Below are positions 39,600 to 51,487 of a stretch of 64,000 bases of DNA, piece after piece. The notes under the pieces are model-generated. The model worked only from the letters and a program-made list of their open reading frames with translations. It had not been told where the DNA came from and did no database searches. Positions within the stretch are counted from its first letter, which is position 1, and the number at the start of each line of letters is the position of its first letter. The position numbers and the translations under genes were made by a program. This DNA is from Escherichia coli O127:H6 str. E2348/69. Its GTDB lineage: Bacteria; Pseudomonadota; Gammaproteobacteria; Enterobacterales; Enterobacteriaceae. The DNA is taken from assembly GCF_000026545.1 (NCBI RefSeq), contig NC_011601.1. One strand, written 5' to 3'.

Positions 39600-41135
39600 T
39601 TAGTGTTTCTTGTCATTCATCACAATATAGTGTGGTGAACGTGCACGCGGGTGCAGGAAGAAGTGACCTTTTGGTGCGTTCTGACTGTTGATTGGCTCCA
39701 GAGTGACGCCGGTATTCGCTTTGCTTTTACGATCATGAACAGCATAGAGAATAAAGGGCAGGGCAAGTACCACCAGGAAACTAACGACCAGTAATTCAAC
39801 ATACATATCGGTAGAGTCACCCTGGATGTTATCCGGCGGCAGGAAGGAAACAATAAACGCCATAATTGAAGTCAGCAGACCGACAATAGCCACGACCAGT
39901 TTCACCCCTTTACCACCAGGGATATTAAATGTGCGTTTTAAGTCAGGATGTTTAAGAACCAACACAATGTAGCCAATAAACAGCATGAAATAAGCACACA
40001 GATAAATCACCACCGTCAGCGCCAGTGCGATCAGGAAGGACATGTTGTTACCGCCACCGGTATTGGTGAGGATGATCAACGCGATAGAAGTAATCACCAA
40101 CTGCGAAATGACCAGCGTTACCGGTACGCCATTTTTGTTCATTTTAGCGAATGCCGCTGGCAGCAGGTTTTTCTGCGCTGTGACATACATCCCGCGAGAA
40201 GGACCAACAATCCAGGAAGCGATTTCCGCCAGAACACCCAGCAACAGCAGTGCGGAGATCACGCGAACCGTCCACTCAATTTCCGGTGCCACATGTGACA
40301 TCAGAACGGTAAAGGTTTGCATTACCCCTGCGGAGAGGTTGATTTCATTACCCGGAATGACCATCGCAATAGACAAACCGCCAACAGAGCTTAAGCAGAT
40401 TGCCGCCACCATCAGCAGTAACATAGCCAGTGGATAGTCGCGCCCGGGGTTGCTCATTTCATTGACGTGGGTTGCGGAAGCTTCAACGCCCATATAACTC
40501 AAAATGAAGGCAACAAATACAACCAGTGTGCCCACTTTAGAGAAGTCAGGGAAGAAGGTCTTCGCATCCATTTCGATAGCAACGGGGGCACCGGAGTGCA
40601 GATAAATAGCCGCTAATGCGATCAAAATAAATGCAGGTAACAGGATACCGGCGAAGAAGCCAACTTTAGCAATTCGCGCCGTGTATTTCGTGCCACCAAA
40701 CTGCGTTAATGCCAGCGCCCAAAGAATGATGAGTGCTGCAATAGTTTTGGTAATGGGGTCTTCATTCAGAGCTGGCCATTTCAGGATGTAGGAGAGTGCC
40801 CCTAACACGAAATAGAGCATCGGAATAAAACCAATGGCGATTTGCAGATAGCCAAATGAGATCGCTGCAAATCCCCATCTCGGCCCCAGAGTATTTGATA
40901 CCCAGGCGAAGACGCCACCTTCTTCCCAGCCGTCGACGGTAGCCATTTCCGCAGCACAAAGTCCCACGGGAATAAACCATAAAATCCCGCCTAATAGCAG
41001 GAAGAAGACTAATGAAAAGCCCGATGTTGCGAAGGTAGGGTATTCATAAACAGCCATTACCATCGATGCCGTTATGGCAAAAAATCCGAGTAATGTGAGC
41101 TGCTTAGCTTTACCTGTCTGTACTGATGTAGCCAT
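39600..41135 (-). CDS. gadC: glutamate:GABA antiporter
   Basis: 511 aa APC-family transporter; [21 protein letters not shown].... Confidence 0.95.
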   Translation of the reverse strand: MATSVQTGKAKQLTLLGFFAITASMVMAVYEYPTFATSGFSLVFFLLLGGILWFIPVGLCAAEMATVDGWEEGGVFAWVSNTLGPRWGFAAISFGYLQIAIGFIPMLYFVLGALSYILKWPALNEDPITKTIAALIILWALALTQFGGTKYTARIAKVGFFAGILLPAFILIALAAIYLHSGAPVAIEMDAKTFFPDFSKVGTLVVFVAFILSYMGVEASATHVNEMSNPGRDYPLAMLLLMVAAICLSSVGGLSIAMVIPGNEINLSAGVMQTFTVLMSHVAPEIEWTVRVISALLLLGVLAEIASWIVGPSRGMYVTAQKNLLPAAFAKMNKNGVPVTLVISQLVITSIALIILTNTGGGNNMSFLIALALTVVIYLCAYFMLFIGYIVLVLKHPDLKRTFNIPGGKGVKLVVAIVGLLTSIMAFIVSFLPPDNIQGDSTDMYVELLVVSFLVVLALPFILYAVHDRKSKANTGVTLEPINSQNAPKGHFFLHPRARSPHYIVMNDKKH

Positions 41136-41290
41136 ATTATCCCCCTAAAACGGTATTCCTGTCGGAACCGCACCTGTTTTGTTCTGAAGCGTATTCAGAA
41201 CAATATTTTCCGTTGCTAATGCCAGTGAACAGACTTTGGAAATTGTCCCGAAACGGCTTCGTTTCGGGACTCCGTTACCGTTAAACGTTA

Positions 41291-42691
41291 TCAGGTGTGT
41301 TTAAAGCTGTTCTGCTGGGCAATACCCTGCAGTTTCGGGTGGTCGCTGAGATATTTCAGGGAGGCTTTGTAGTCTTCCAGCAACAGTTCAGCAAAGTCCA
41401 TTTCGAAGCCGCGACGACACATAATGCGCATCACCACGATGTCAGTGGCTTCACCGCCGAGAGTGAAGGCCGGAACCTGCCAGCCGCGCAGACGCAGACG
41501 TTCAGAGAGGTCATACAGGGTGTATCCCGGATCTTCACCATCTTTCAGTTTGAAGCAAACCGCCGGGATGCCTTCGTCCGGGCGACCCGTACAGATGAAC
41601 TCATACGGCCCCAGTTTGGCGATTTCATCCGCCAGATAAGCAGCAACCTGGTAGGAAGCGTTCTGTACTTTGGTATAGCCTTCACGACCGAGGCGCAGGA
41701 ATTCATAGTACTGTGCAATCACCTGACCCGCCGGGCGGGAGAAGTTGATGGCGAAAGTACCAATCTGACCGCCGAGGTAGTCAACGTTGAACACCAGTTC
41801 CTGCGGCAGCGCTTCTTCATCACGCCAGATAACCCAGCCGCAGCCCAGCGGAGCCAGACCGAATTTATGGCCTGAAGCACTGATCGATTTCACACGCGGC
41901 AGGCGGAAGTCCCAGACGATATCCGGGGCGACGAACGGTGCCAGGAAGCCACCGCTGGCGGCGTCGATGTGCATGTCGATGTCGATACCGGTGTCGGCCT
42001 GGAATTTATCCAGCGCATCGTGCAGCGGCTGCGGGAACTCATAGTTACCGGTGTAGGTCACGCCGAAAGTCGGCACCACGCCGATGGTGTTTTCGTCGCA
42101 GGCTTCAATCATGCGTTTCGGGTCCATAAACAACTGACCGGGGCGCATAGGGATCTCACGCAACTCCACATCCCAGTAGCGGGCGAATTTATGCCAGCAG
42201 ATTTGTACCGGACCGCACACCAGGTTTGGTTTATCCGTTGGTTTGCCTGCGGCTTCCATACGCTTGCGCCAACGCCATTTCATCGCCATCCCGCCGAGCA
42301 TACAGGCCTCGGAAGAACCAATGGTGTTGGTGCCAACGGCCTGACCATTTTTCGGTGCAGGCGCATGCCACAGATCGGCAACCATGTTTACGCAACGCAG
42401 ATCGATTGCTGCAGATTGCGGATATTCTTCTTTGTCGATCCAGTTTTTGTTAATGGATAAATCCATCAACTTATGGACATTATCGTCGTCCCAGGTCTGG
42501 CAGAAAGTGGCCAGGTTCTGACGAGCGTTGCCATCAAGATATAATTCATCATTGATAATCTGGAATGCGACATCATCACGCATTTCGTGCAGCGGAAAAC
42601 GTTTTGATTCTGCGATAGTGGAAATAGACTTCGCACCAAAACGTGAATCGAGTAGTTCCGACCTTAAATCCGTTACTTGCTTCTTATCCAT
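41291..42691 (-). CDS. gadB: glutamate decarboxylase (PLP-dependent)
   Basis: ORF 41291..42760; start placed at [28 protein letters not shown]... (466 aa). gadB rather than gadA because gadC is adjacent. Confidence 0.9.
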   Translation of the reverse strand: MDKKQVTDLRSELLDSRFGAKSISTIAESKRFPLHEMRDDVAFQIINDELYLDGNARQNLATFCQTWDDDNVHKLMDLSINKNWIDKEEYPQSAAIDLRCVNMVADLWHAPAPKNGQAVGTNTIGSSEACMLGGMAMKWRWRKRMEAAGKPTDKPNLVCGPVQICWHKFARYWDVELREIPMRPGQLFMDPKRMIEACDENTIGVVPTFGVTYTGNYEFPQPLHDALDKFQADTGIDIDMHIDAASGGFLAPFVAPDIVWDFRLPRVKSISASGHKFGLAPLGCGWVIWRDEEALPQELVFNVDYLGGQIGTFAINFSRPAGQVIAQYYEFLRLGREGYTKVQNASYQVAAYLADEIAKLGPYEFICTGRPDEGIPAVCFKLKDGEDPGYTLYDLSERLRLRGWQVPAFTLGGEATDIVVMRIMCRRGFEMDFAELLLEDYKASLKYLSDHPKLQGIAQQNSFKHT

Positions 42692-42770
42692 TTTAAACTC
42701 CTTAAAATGATTGGATCGCATTAAAAAAGTAGGATTTATCGATAAAGTAAGCAAGTGCAAAGGACTCGGT

Positions 42771-42790
42771 TTTAAATAACAAAATCCTAA
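42771..42790 (-). promoter_or_regulatory. GAD box (GadE/GadX/GadW site) in the gadBC promoter
   Basis: Minus strand reads TTAGGATTTTGTTATTTAAA, an exact match to the 20-bp GAD box consensus (recalled), about 80-100 bp upstream of the gadB ATG. Confidence 0.7.
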
Positions 42791-43052
42791 TGTTATTTAT
42801 CGCGAGATATTGCGTGAATAATGTATTTTTATTAAAAAACAACATAATAGAGAATTCTGTGTGGAGGTAAGGTGTTTTATGTTGTTATTTTATGTGTTTT
42901 CTATCGTCTCCTGAATTATCACGTAAAAATCAGACCTTATAATATCATTATTAGTACACGGTTATTTACTTTGAACACATTTATAAAATTATTACATAAA
43001 AATAGCGAATATTGATAAAATCCCCGCCAACGATGTGTTGACGGGGCTGTGA

Positions 43053-45848
43053 TTATTTTGGCAATAATACTCCGGTATAGGTATTCACCGGATGAGAAAG
43101 ATATTGTTTAACAGCAGTGTTAACATTCTCTACCGTCATTTGTTTCAACAATTGCTCCTGCTCAGTCCATGCTGCAGGATCGTCATATTGAATAAGACTA
43201 TTTACAATGGTATTCGCTAATTGTTGAACGCTACGCTGTTGGATATCGAGGCTGCGCTGAACGTTTTGCTGGTATTCGTTCAGTTCTTGCTCACTAATCC
43301 CTTTGGCCAGACGCTTAACCATCACTTCATTCGCTAACGTTAACAGTTCATCATGTCGTTCTGGTTGACAAGTAAAAGCCAGCAAATGACTGATATCTTT
43401 GGCCTGAGGATCAACCGAGAGGCGAGAAGAAACGCTGTATGCCCCAGATGCCTGTTCACGAATATTAATGCGTAGATCTTTTGCCAGTGCGACGTTAAAA
43501 GCATCGAGCGCCATACGCGTCGCCAGATTAACAGGAGTCCGGGAATTATAACGCTTCCACTGTGAAACCTGTGCCACTGGTTCATTTTGTTCTTTTACAG
43601 TAACCGATGCGTTGTCCGTCGCGCGAGTTAATGGTTTACCTGCGGCTAATGGCGAATTAGAGTGTTTGATAGATCCTAAGTAACGCGTAATTAACGCCAC
43701 GAGTTTGTCTTCTGCGACATTACCGACAATGACAAACGTGATATCCGCTGGAGATGAAAACAACTGGCGATCGGCAGCCAGTGCATCTGCGGCAGTAAAC
43801 TGTGCAATCTGATTTTCTTGCGGTAATTTCGTGCGGTCATCGGCATAGCGCGTCTCATACATCTGCTGGGCGAATTTCTCCGCTGGACGCTGGTCGAGCG
43901 TTTTCAACGCCTGAATTTGAGCATTTTGTAGCGATGCCCAAATATTGTCGTTAATCGTGCTGTGGGTGATTCGCTGGTTAATCAACTGGAAACCAGGTTC
44001 AGGGTTATTAGTCCGCACGCTAACGGAGAGCAACGTATTCATGCCACTGACTTTACTGCTCATGGTTACCGAGTTTTCCGCACTCCAGCGTTTCAGGCTG
44101 GAAGAGGAGAGTTCACCAACGCCGCTTCCGCTTACTGCTTTATTAGCCAGCGCGATAAGTGATTTTTGCTGCGCAGGGAAACTTAAATCGCCTTTATTAG
44201 ATACGGCAATAATTTGTAGCTTTTGCTCTTCACCCGCGGATTTTGCCAGAATAACCCTGGCACCATTGGAAAGTGTTAATGATGTCAGATTCTCAGCCAG
44301 CGTTTCTTTGCTGCTAATTTCCGCCTGTGGGTCAGCGTCTACTGTTAACGATAAATTTCTGCCTGGGAAGATGTAAGCCGCCAGCTTTTTGTTGGCGTAC
44401 TCTTTTTCCAGCGCCAGGATAGCCGCAGGAGACAATGCTTTTTGGGCGGCAACTTCATTGTTTACCATTTGCTCCCAAAATGCGTCCTGGTTCTTTCTTA
44501 ACTGCTGCCATTTTTCCGCCAGACTTTGCACGGTAATTTGCTGCCACAGACGTTTCGAAAGTTGATATGTCTCTTCCGGCGACAAGAACGGCGTATTATT
44601 TAATGAGCTGGATGCCAGGCGACTGGTCAGCATACGTAAATCACGCTCAGCTTGCTGATCAACCGCATTTTTCAGCCAGGTAAGGCGGGTAGATTTAACA
44701 TCATCGAGTTCTTCAGCAGAAAAACCATGCTGATCAATGGTTGCCAACTCTGCCATTAATGCATTCGCAGCATCCTGCATATTATCGTCTCGTGCATTTA
44801 CACGGAAAAATAGCGACTGATAATCGGGTGCAATTTTGACGCTGCGCGCAGTGCCGCCAGAAATAGTCTTCAACTCGCCCGACTGTATGCGTTCCTGCAG
44901 ACGTTGGTTGAACAGCTGAACCAACATGCTCCATTCAGCTTGTTCGATAAAGCTTTGCTCATCGTTCACTTGTACCATTGGCAGGCGATAATAGAGTGCG
45001 ATGCCGTTCACCCGGTTTTCTTTATCATTGATGATATTAAAGCGCAGGTGGTTTTCGGCTTTTGTCGGCCAGACGCGATTTTCAGCTGCTTTGTTAGCCG
45101 GAAGCTTACTTAAATTATCCTTTATCAGCGCCAGCGCTTCTTTACTGTCGATATCGCCGACCACAATAAAGGTCATATTATTTGGTTGATACCAGCGTTG
45201 ATAAAATTGGCGCAATTGTGCCGGTGTGACCGTGGCGACGGTATCCATCAGGCCGATAGGTTCACGGTCTAAATTACGGGTATTTGCCAGCAGGAAAGGG
45301 CGGCGCGCCTGAGAGGTGCGCCATTTCGCATCCTGATGGGCACGCCATTCCTCAGTAACTACGCCGCGTTCAGCGTCTACTTCGAGTTTTTCAAAGGTTG
45401 CGGCATTACTCCATTCACTGAAGATTGCCATCACTTGTTGCAGATTTTGTTTCTGCGTAGTCGGCAAACTCACCTGATACACTGTTTCGTCATAGCTGGT
45501 ATAGGCATTAACATCGCGACCAAAACGCAGGCCCATTGACTCAAATGTTTCGATGACTTTATTACCCGGCCATGTTTTTGTGCCGTTAAACATCATATGT
45601 TCTACAAAATGAGCCACGCCGCGCTCATTGTCTTCTTCCTGCAATGAACCGGTATGAATTTGCAGCCATAAATTTACCTGATCCTTTGGTTGAGCATGCG
45701 GATAAATCATATATCGCAAGCCATTGTCCAGTTGCCCGGTAATTAACTTTTCATCCTGCGGTAAGGCGGCGGCAATCAGTCGCCCGGGGAGCAACAGAGT
45801 TGCCACTAACGTCAGTAAGAAACAGAGGTTTCTCATAATTATCTCCAT
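43053..45848 (-). CDS. pqqL: periplasmic M16-family zinc metallopeptidase
   Basis: 931 aa; signal peptide; inverted zinc motif HFVEH...E. Confidence 0.9.
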   Translation of the reverse strand: MEIIMRNLCFLLTLVATLLLPGRLIAAALPQDEKLITGQLDNGLRYMIYPHAQPKDQVNLWLQIHTGSLQEEDNERGVAHFVEHMMFNGTKTWPGNKVIETFESMGLRFGRDVNAYTSYDETVYQVSLPTTQKQNLQQVMAIFSEWSNAATFEKLEVDAERGVVTEEWRAHQDAKWRTSQARRPFLLANTRNLDREPIGLMDTVATVTPAQLRQFYQRWYQPNNMTFIVVGDIDSKEALALIKDNLSKLPANKAAENRVWPTKAENHLRFNIINDKENRVNGIALYYRLPMVQVNDEQSFIEQAEWSMLVQLFNQRLQERIQSGELKTISGGTARSVKIAPDYQSLFFRVNARDDNMQDAANALMAELATIDQHGFSAEELDDVKSTRLTWLKNAVDQQAERDLRMLTSRLASSSLNNTPFLSPEETYQLSKRLWQQITVQSLAEKWQQLRKNQDAFWEQMVNNEVAAQKALSPAAILALEKEYANKKLAAYIFPGRNLSLTVDADPQAEISSKETLAENLTSLTLSNGARVILAKSAGEEQKLQIIAVSNKGDLSFPAQQKSLIALANKAVSGSGVGELSSSSLKRWSAENSVTMSSKVSGMNTLLSVSVRTNNPEPGFQLINQRITHSTINDNIWASLQNAQIQALKTLDQRPAEKFAQQMYETRYADDRTKLPQENQIAQFTAADALAADRQLFSSPADITFVIVGNVAEDKLVALITRYLGSIKHSNSPLAAGKPLTRATDNASVTVKEQNEPVAQVSQWKRYNSRTPVNLATRMALDAFNVALAKDLRINIREQASGAYSVSSRLSVDPQAKDISHLLAFTCQPERHDELLTLANEVMVKRLAKGISEQELNEYQQNVQRSLDIQQRSVQQLANTIVNSLIQYDDPAAWTEQEQLLKQMTVENVNTAVKQYLSHPVNTYTGVLLPK

Positions 45849-45892
45849 GCGAAAACCGGGCGAATTTACCCGGTAAAGTAAAATCCGAACTA

Positions 45893-48265
45893 TTAAAATT
45901 TCATGCTGACATCAAGCCAGAAAGTACGGCCACTGGCGTAGGTCGCCACGCCAGTATTCGTTGTATCAACAGCGGTTTTGCTATCCAGTACATTGAGAAT
46001 ATCGGCACTGATCGTCAGGTTTTGTTGTTTCAGAAATTGTGGCGTCCAGGACAAGCGGGTGTCCCAGGTCAGGCTGCTATCCAGTTTCTCGTCAACATAC
46101 TGCTTGTAATCTGAATATTCGCTGATGTATTGCGCATTCGTCTTACCCAGGATAATGCGAGTTTTACGCGCTTCTTGCCAGGTCAGCGTATTCGCCCACA
46201 CCAACCCGCTCGGTTGATGCGTGAAATCCATGTTTAAGGAGATCTTTAATGGATTATTAAAATCCGCCACTGGAACGCTATCGTAAGAGACCAGATTACC
46301 GTTATAAACCACCCGGTTATCACCGGTATTGCTCTCCTCATAACCATTGTTTAACGACAAGTTGCCCTTGCTCTTGATATAGCTAAAGACAATTTGCGGG
46401 TTAATATCTACCTGGCTGATATGCAGGGGGGCGGCCAGTTCAAAACTGAGGTTAAACGAATGTGTTTTGGTTTTGCCATCGTTGTTATATTCAGTAATGG
46501 TGGTTTTAGTCGCGCTGTCGGTACGACTGCTTTTGCTGATTTGATCATGCGCTTCACGGTAAACATAGTTTGCACGCGCAATAACGTTCTTACCGATTTT
46601 CTGCTGCAATCCCATTGCCAGTTCATCGTTATAAGGCGTTTTCAAATCCTGATAACGCGTCAGGGTTTTATTGCCTGATACCGATTCCGTCCAGCTATTG
46701 CGGATATCACGTAATCCCATATCAAGAATATTCCCGCCATAGTAACGGTTATAACCTGCAGTAATCATTGAGGTTTGATCAGCAAAAATATCCCATTCCG
46801 TCATAAAGCGCGGGGAGATATTGTGGTTTGACAGATAGTTATCATAGTCATACCGCACGCCGGGCATTAACGACACATTACGCCAGCTAATGCGATCCGC
46901 CATATACAGCGTGTAATTGTCAATTCCCAGACTACCTTTACCTTTATGGTAAATTGTATGGTTAGTTTTCTTTCCGGCAGCATTAATCACATAGGATTCA
47001 GACTGGTTATGGCGTTCAGTCCATGCATCGGAATAGATGTATTCCGCGCCGAAGTAGGGTTGATGCGAAACATTACCCACGGTGAATTTTTGCCAGTCCA
47101 GGCGTGTTTTGAAGGTGTAATTATCTACAGCCTGGGAAATGTGTCCTAATCCGCCACGGGTGCAACGCCCTGAAATATCACCATATGTACATGAAAGTTC
47201 GGTGTACCAGATGTCATGATCGTGACGGGTATAATCACTAATATGATCCCAACCAACGGTGGTACGCAGTTTGGCCCATGCGAGCTGGGTATCCATATCC
47301 CATGCCAGACCATAGGATTTATTACCCATTTCGCGATCAGACTCCGGAAAGGTGCTGGTATTATAATCACGGCTGGAGCCGGTATATTTTAAGGTTAAAT
47401 CGTGGGTAAAGCGGTCGCTGGCAAACCAGGTAAATTTGCTCAATGCAGTATCGATAACGTTTTTATACTGTGCCCTGCCGGCGACAATGCCGTCATTCGA
47501 AACATAATCCGCGCGGGTGATATCAGACTGGCGGCGCGATAAACCGGCGGTAACGCCAAAGTTATCAGCGAGTTCCTGATTAAACGACAAGGTATAAAAG
47601 TTCTTTTTAAAATCTGGAGAGTAATAAGTACTTCCTGAAGAACCTTGATTAAATGCGCTCTTGTTATTCTCATCGATATGCGATGTTAACCAGTCCGAAC
47701 GCGTAGTGCGATAACCCAGTTTCACGCTGCTATCATCAGCGTTGAAGCGTTTGATCTTTGCATCAATTACCCCGCCATTGAAGCGACCGAATTCAACCGG
47801 CACAAAACTGTCATAAAGCGTCACATTGTCCAGTAAGCTGACATCAAGATAATACCCCTGTGACATCCCGCTAATATTGGTTGCACTACTGGCATCGGAC
47901 TCATTCGCTGGGTTCAGGTTATTCGTTGCACTAATACCGTCAATCAAATAGGCATTCTGGTAGGGCGACGCACCGTGAATAGAGATTTTCTCCGGGCGAA
48001 TATCTCCCTGGTTCAATGAGGTACTTTGCGTTGAATCCATGCGTACCGCAGGGTTGGTTCTCAGCAGATCGCTGATATTGCCATTCCCGGTCGGTAAACG
48101 CTCGATGCTTTCACTGGTGTAATGCGTGTTGCCGTTTACGGGTACAGGGACAGGAGCATAGACCGTCATCTCTTCAAAAACATGCATGTACATATTTTTG
48201 TCATCGACGGCCTGCGCCACATCAGCGCCACATAAAATGACGCCAGGAATAAGAACTCGCTTCAT
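45893..48265 (-). CDS. yddB: TonB-dependent outer membrane receptor
   Basis: 790 aa; signal peptide; C-terminal ...FWLDVSMKF. Confidence 0.9.
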   Translation of the reverse strand: MKRVLIPGVILCGADVAQAVDDKNMYMHVFEEMTVYAPVPVPVNGNTHYTSESIERLPTGNGNISDLLRTNPAVRMDSTQSTSLNQGDIRPEKISIHGASPYQNAYLIDGISATNNLNPANESDASSATNISGMSQGYYLDVSLLDNVTLYDSFVPVEFGRFNGGVIDAKIKRFNADDSSVKLGYRTTRSDWLTSHIDENNKSAFNQGSSGSTYYSPDFKKNFYTLSFNQELADNFGVTAGLSRRQSDITRADYVSNDGIVAGRAQYKNVIDTALSKFTWFASDRFTHDLTLKYTGSSRDYNTSTFPESDREMGNKSYGLAWDMDTQLAWAKLRTTVGWDHISDYTRHDHDIWYTELSCTYGDISGRCTRGGLGHISQAVDNYTFKTRLDWQKFTVGNVSHQPYFGAEYIYSDAWTERHNQSESYVINAAGKKTNHTIYHKGKGSLGIDNYTLYMADRISWRNVSLMPGVRYDYDNYLSNHNISPRFMTEWDIFADQTSMITAGYNRYYGGNILDMGLRDIRNSWTESVSGNKTLTRYQDLKTPYNDELAMGLQQKIGKNVIARANYVYREAHDQISKSSRTDSATKTTITEYNNDGKTKTHSFNLSFELAAPLHISQVDINPQIVFSYIKSKGNLSLNNGYEESNTGDNRVVYNGNLVSYDSVPVADFNNPLKISLNMDFTHQPSGLVWANTLTWQEARKTRIILGKTNAQYISEYSDYKQYVDEKLDSSLTWDTRLSWTPQFLKQQNLTISADILNVLDSKTAVDTTNTGVATYASGRTFWLDVSMKF

Positions 48266-48302
48266 TTATTTATATCTCCGTACAGCAGGGCTTTTATTGT
48301 TT

Positions 48303-49988
48303 TTATATAACCGCGCTAATGTCACAAATATCATCGACCAGGTTCCAGACACCGGGTTGATGTGTAACCATAATGACGCCGCTTGTGGGGAGTTTTTCTC
48401 GCACTAAACGCAGTAAGCGGATTGCCTCTTGTTCCTCAAGATGAGAGGTAGTTTCGTCAAGAAATATCCATTTCGGACGTCGTAAAATTAATCGAGCCAG
48501 GGCGATACGTTGTTTTTCGCCGCTGGAAAGAATATCTCCCCAGCGATCGTGGTCATGAATACGCGCAGCCAATTTCCCCAGCCCAACCTGATGCAGTACT
48601 TCGCTCAACGATTTATCGTCTACGGACAGGGGAAGTGCTTTACAAATAATCTCTTTCAGTAAGCCGGTTTTGATTAACGGTGTTTGTGACACATACCAAC
48701 TGTCAGCAGGAGAAGAAATATCACCTTTAAACCACGGCCAGCAGTGGGATAATGTTTTAAGCAGTGTGGTTTTTCCCGCACCAGAGTAACCTTTCAGCAA
48801 TAGCCATTTGCCTGGCGAAACATGAAAGTTCAGGTTCTCTAATATGATCTTATTATCAGGAGTACGAATACTCGCGTCAGCCACTTGTACCGCATGTTGA
48901 CAATTTTTAGGCTTATTCGTAGGGCGATGTTCGGTGAGTTGATGGAACTCATACAAGCGATCGATAACCGCAGCCAGTTCAGCAAGTTCATCATATTTAT
49001 AAATAAACCAGCTTAAATTGTTCGATACCAGCATAAATGCCTGGCGCGATTTCATCAGTCCGCCCAGATTGATCTGTCCGCTAATAAACTGCGGCAATAA
49101 CAGAAAGTAGGGAAGAACGCTAAGCGAGCGCGAATAAATATTCTGCCAGTAATCAAGCCACCGCTGACGATTCATTAAACGATGCCAGTTCTCTTTAATG
49201 GTATGAAAATTTTCGCTCAACTCCTGGCGTTGTAGAGACTCAGCATTGCTTAGCGCAATCAGTTCTGCCTGCTTATTATGCTGCACAAGATTAGTTCGAA
49301 ATGTCGCTTCGCTACGTTGTTTTTCCACATTAAGTGGACGAATACGTTTACCAACCTTATGGGTAAATAAAGTTCCACCGATCACAATGAGCACGACGGT
49401 ATAGACCATATACCCCTGGATATTCCATTCAGTTCCACCAACAGTGAATGAGAGCGTACCCGCGCTTTGCCAAAGAATAACGGTAAAGGTGATCAGCATG
49501 CTAAGTGACTGGATGAAGCCAAATGAAAGGCTGAGCGTTTTGCTGATCAGTAAGAGAATGTCTTCAGCGATACGTTGGTCAGGGTTATCTGTATTTTTAT
49601 GCTCGCCGTAGATCTGCGTGAAGTAGTAGTTTTTATCTGCAAACCAGCGATTAAGGTAGTAATCTGTTAACCATTCGCGCCAGCGAATAGTCAGTAGTTT
49701 AATTAACCATGTTTTGTTTACGGATATTAATACAAAGATCCCCAGCAGGGCAGGGAACCAAAGGACAAGCTGCCAAAGCTTATCAGTTTCTTTCTGGCTT
49801 AGCGCATTGAAAAAATCATTATTCCAGTCGTTTAACCAGACCTGAATTTTAACCACACCAAGGATCATGGCGAGGGTAATAATGATTAACAACACTGAAG
49901 TTTTATTATTCTTACGCAGCCAAAAGGGCTTCAGCAGACAGAGATACTTTGCTATCAACATACAAAACGTAATGGGAATGGTTATCAT
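48303..49988 (-). CDS. yddA: ABC transporter, fused permease/ATPase
   Basis: 561 aa; N-terminal TM domain, Walker A GYSGAGKTT, signature LSSGEKQR. Confidence 0.9.
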   Translation of the reverse strand: MITIPITFCMLIAKYLCLLKPFWLRKNNKTSVLLIIITLAMILGVVKIQVWLNDWNNDFFNALSQKETDKLWQLVLWFPALLGIFVLISVNKTWLIKLLTIRWREWLTDYYLNRWFADKNYYFTQIYGEHKNTDNPDQRIAEDILLLISKTLSLSFGFIQSLSMLITFTVILWQSAGTLSFTVGGTEWNIQGYMVYTVVLIVIGGTLFTHKVGKRIRPLNVEKQRSEATFRTNLVQHNKQAELIALSNAESLQRQELSENFHTIKENWHRLMNRQRWLDYWQNIYSRSLSVLPYFLLLPQFISGQINLGGLMKSRQAFMLVSNNLSWFIYKYDELAELAAVIDRLYEFHQLTEHRPTNKPKNCQHAVQVADASIRTPDNKIILENLNFHVSPGKWLLLKGYSGAGKTTLLKTLSHCWPWFKGDISSPADSWYVSQTPLIKTGLLKEIICKALPLSVDDKSLSEVLHQVGLGKLAARIHDHDRWGDILSSGEKQRIALARLILRRPKWIFLDETTSHLEEQEAIRLLRLVREKLPTSGVIMVTHQPGVWNLVDDICDISAVI

Positions 49989-50278
49989 TAGCGAAAATTG
50001 ATTGTGCCACCCAATGGTTATCTATGGCAATGATATACTGATGAAATTTATTTAAGTATCATTTAACAATATGAAATATAAAGAAATATTTTATTTTCAG
50101 TGGTTATGGTTATGCTATTGATAATCAAGGGTGTTGCTAATGCCCTGACGCATACCTCGTAAGCCAGGATTTTCGCAAAGGAAGATGATGAAGACGAAAC
50201 ACCCGACAGGAATTTATGTCGGGTGCCTTGTTAAGGTCATAAGAAGGAGGCTAAGAATGGAGCTAAGGGGGAGCGTTA

Positions 50279-51436
50279 TTAATTATTCTCCATTTGTTTT
50301 GCAACATCCATAATGTGGTAAAGCGGTACTCTGTTCTTAGCTAACTCCACCATGGCGTTCATATAAGGTACCATGGTTGAAAAAAGGATTTTATAACCTT
50401 CGCAAAAATAGGAAACAGTCTCATTGCTTACTTTAGTAATACGATGCTTAGGGCAACCACCATTGCAGATAGGTTTATATACACATTGCTGACATTTCGC
50501 TGAAATCCGTTTTTTTTGCGCTGTCAGTTGTACACTGTTCATCGTTTTGAGTTCCGATTTATTAATGTTTCCAATTTTGTACTGTGGATAGACAAAATGG
50601 TCGCATTCGTAAATGTCTCCATTGCTTTCAACAACCAGATTATCCTTGCAGGACTCCTGGAAAATACAACTGGTATGCCCATTCCCCAAAAAACGGCTGA
50701 CAAAGCTTTCAAACTGACGGATGAAAATTTCACCCACATCGTTTTTAACCCATTGCATAAAAATGGTTGACATAAACTTGCCATAAGCCGTGGGAGGCAC
50801 AGAAAAATCAATGATACGGAATGTGTTCTCACTATGACCACTGAAATCAATATTCGGCGTCCCGGTTTCGAGCAATTCGATAAATTGCATATGTTTACTG
50901 CCGATAGATTTTAAAAAATGATAAACCTCAAGAGGGTAATGGACATTAATGTTATTAATGACGGTTAACGTATTAAACTCTATTTGATATGATTTCAGAC
51001 GCTCGATGGCTGCTATCACTTTTGCAAAAGTACCGTTACCTGAATTACTGCGTCTGTAGCGGTCATGTAGCTCTTGGGGTCCATCGATCGAGATACCAAC
51101 CAGAAACTCATGTTCTTTGAGAAAGGCACACCATTCATTATTCAATAAAATGCCATTTGTTTGTAATGCATTAAAAATTCGTTTTTGGCCTGCATAGCGT
51201 TGTTGATAGTGAATAACTTTACGGAAAAAATCCAGGCCAGCCAGAGTGGGTTCACCGCCTTGCCAAGTAAAATAGACCTGATTGCCAGACGCTGCGATAT
51301 ATTGTTTTATGAACTCTTTCAGAGTGCTGTCATCCATCCATTTTTCATGAGTAAACTGCGACTCTTTTTCAAGGTAAAAACAGTAATCACATTTGAGATT
51401 ACATTGAAAACTGGAGGGCTTGGCTGTAACGTGCAT
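50279..51436 (-). CDS. ydeM: radical SAM anaerobic sulfatase-maturating enzyme homolog
   Basis: ORF 50279..51451; start placed at [21 protein letters not shown] (CxxxCxxC radical SAM motif). Confidence 0.85.
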   Translation of the reverse strand: MHVTAKPSSFQCNLKCDYCFYLEKESQFTHEKWMDDSTLKEFIKQYIAASGNQVYFTWQGGEPTLAGLDFFRKVIHYQQRYAGQKRIFNALQTNGILLNNEWCAFLKEHEFLVGISIDGPQELHDRYRRSNSGNGTFAKVIAAIERLKSYQIEFNTLTVINNINVHYPLEVYHFLKSIGSKHMQFIELLETGTPNIDFSGHSENTFRIIDFSVPPTAYGKFMSTIFMQWVKNDVGEIFIRQFESFVSRFLGNGHTSCIFQESCKDNLVVESNGDIYECDHFVYPQYKIGNINKSELKTMNSVQLTAQKKRISAKCQQCVYKPICNGGCPKHRITKVSNETVSYFCEGYKILFSTMVPYMNAMVELAKNRVPLYHIMDVAKQMENN

Positions 51437-51487
51437 CGCTATCTCGCTCAATAAGGCGGCGGAAAAATCCGCCGCATGAAGGTTTAG

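Noticed and set aside
50000-50280. 42-codon ORF (MMKTKHPTGIYVGCLVKV...) in the yddA-ydeM intergenic region
   Set aside because: Overlaps the ydeM 3' end convergently, has no clear RBS or known homolog; insufficient support.
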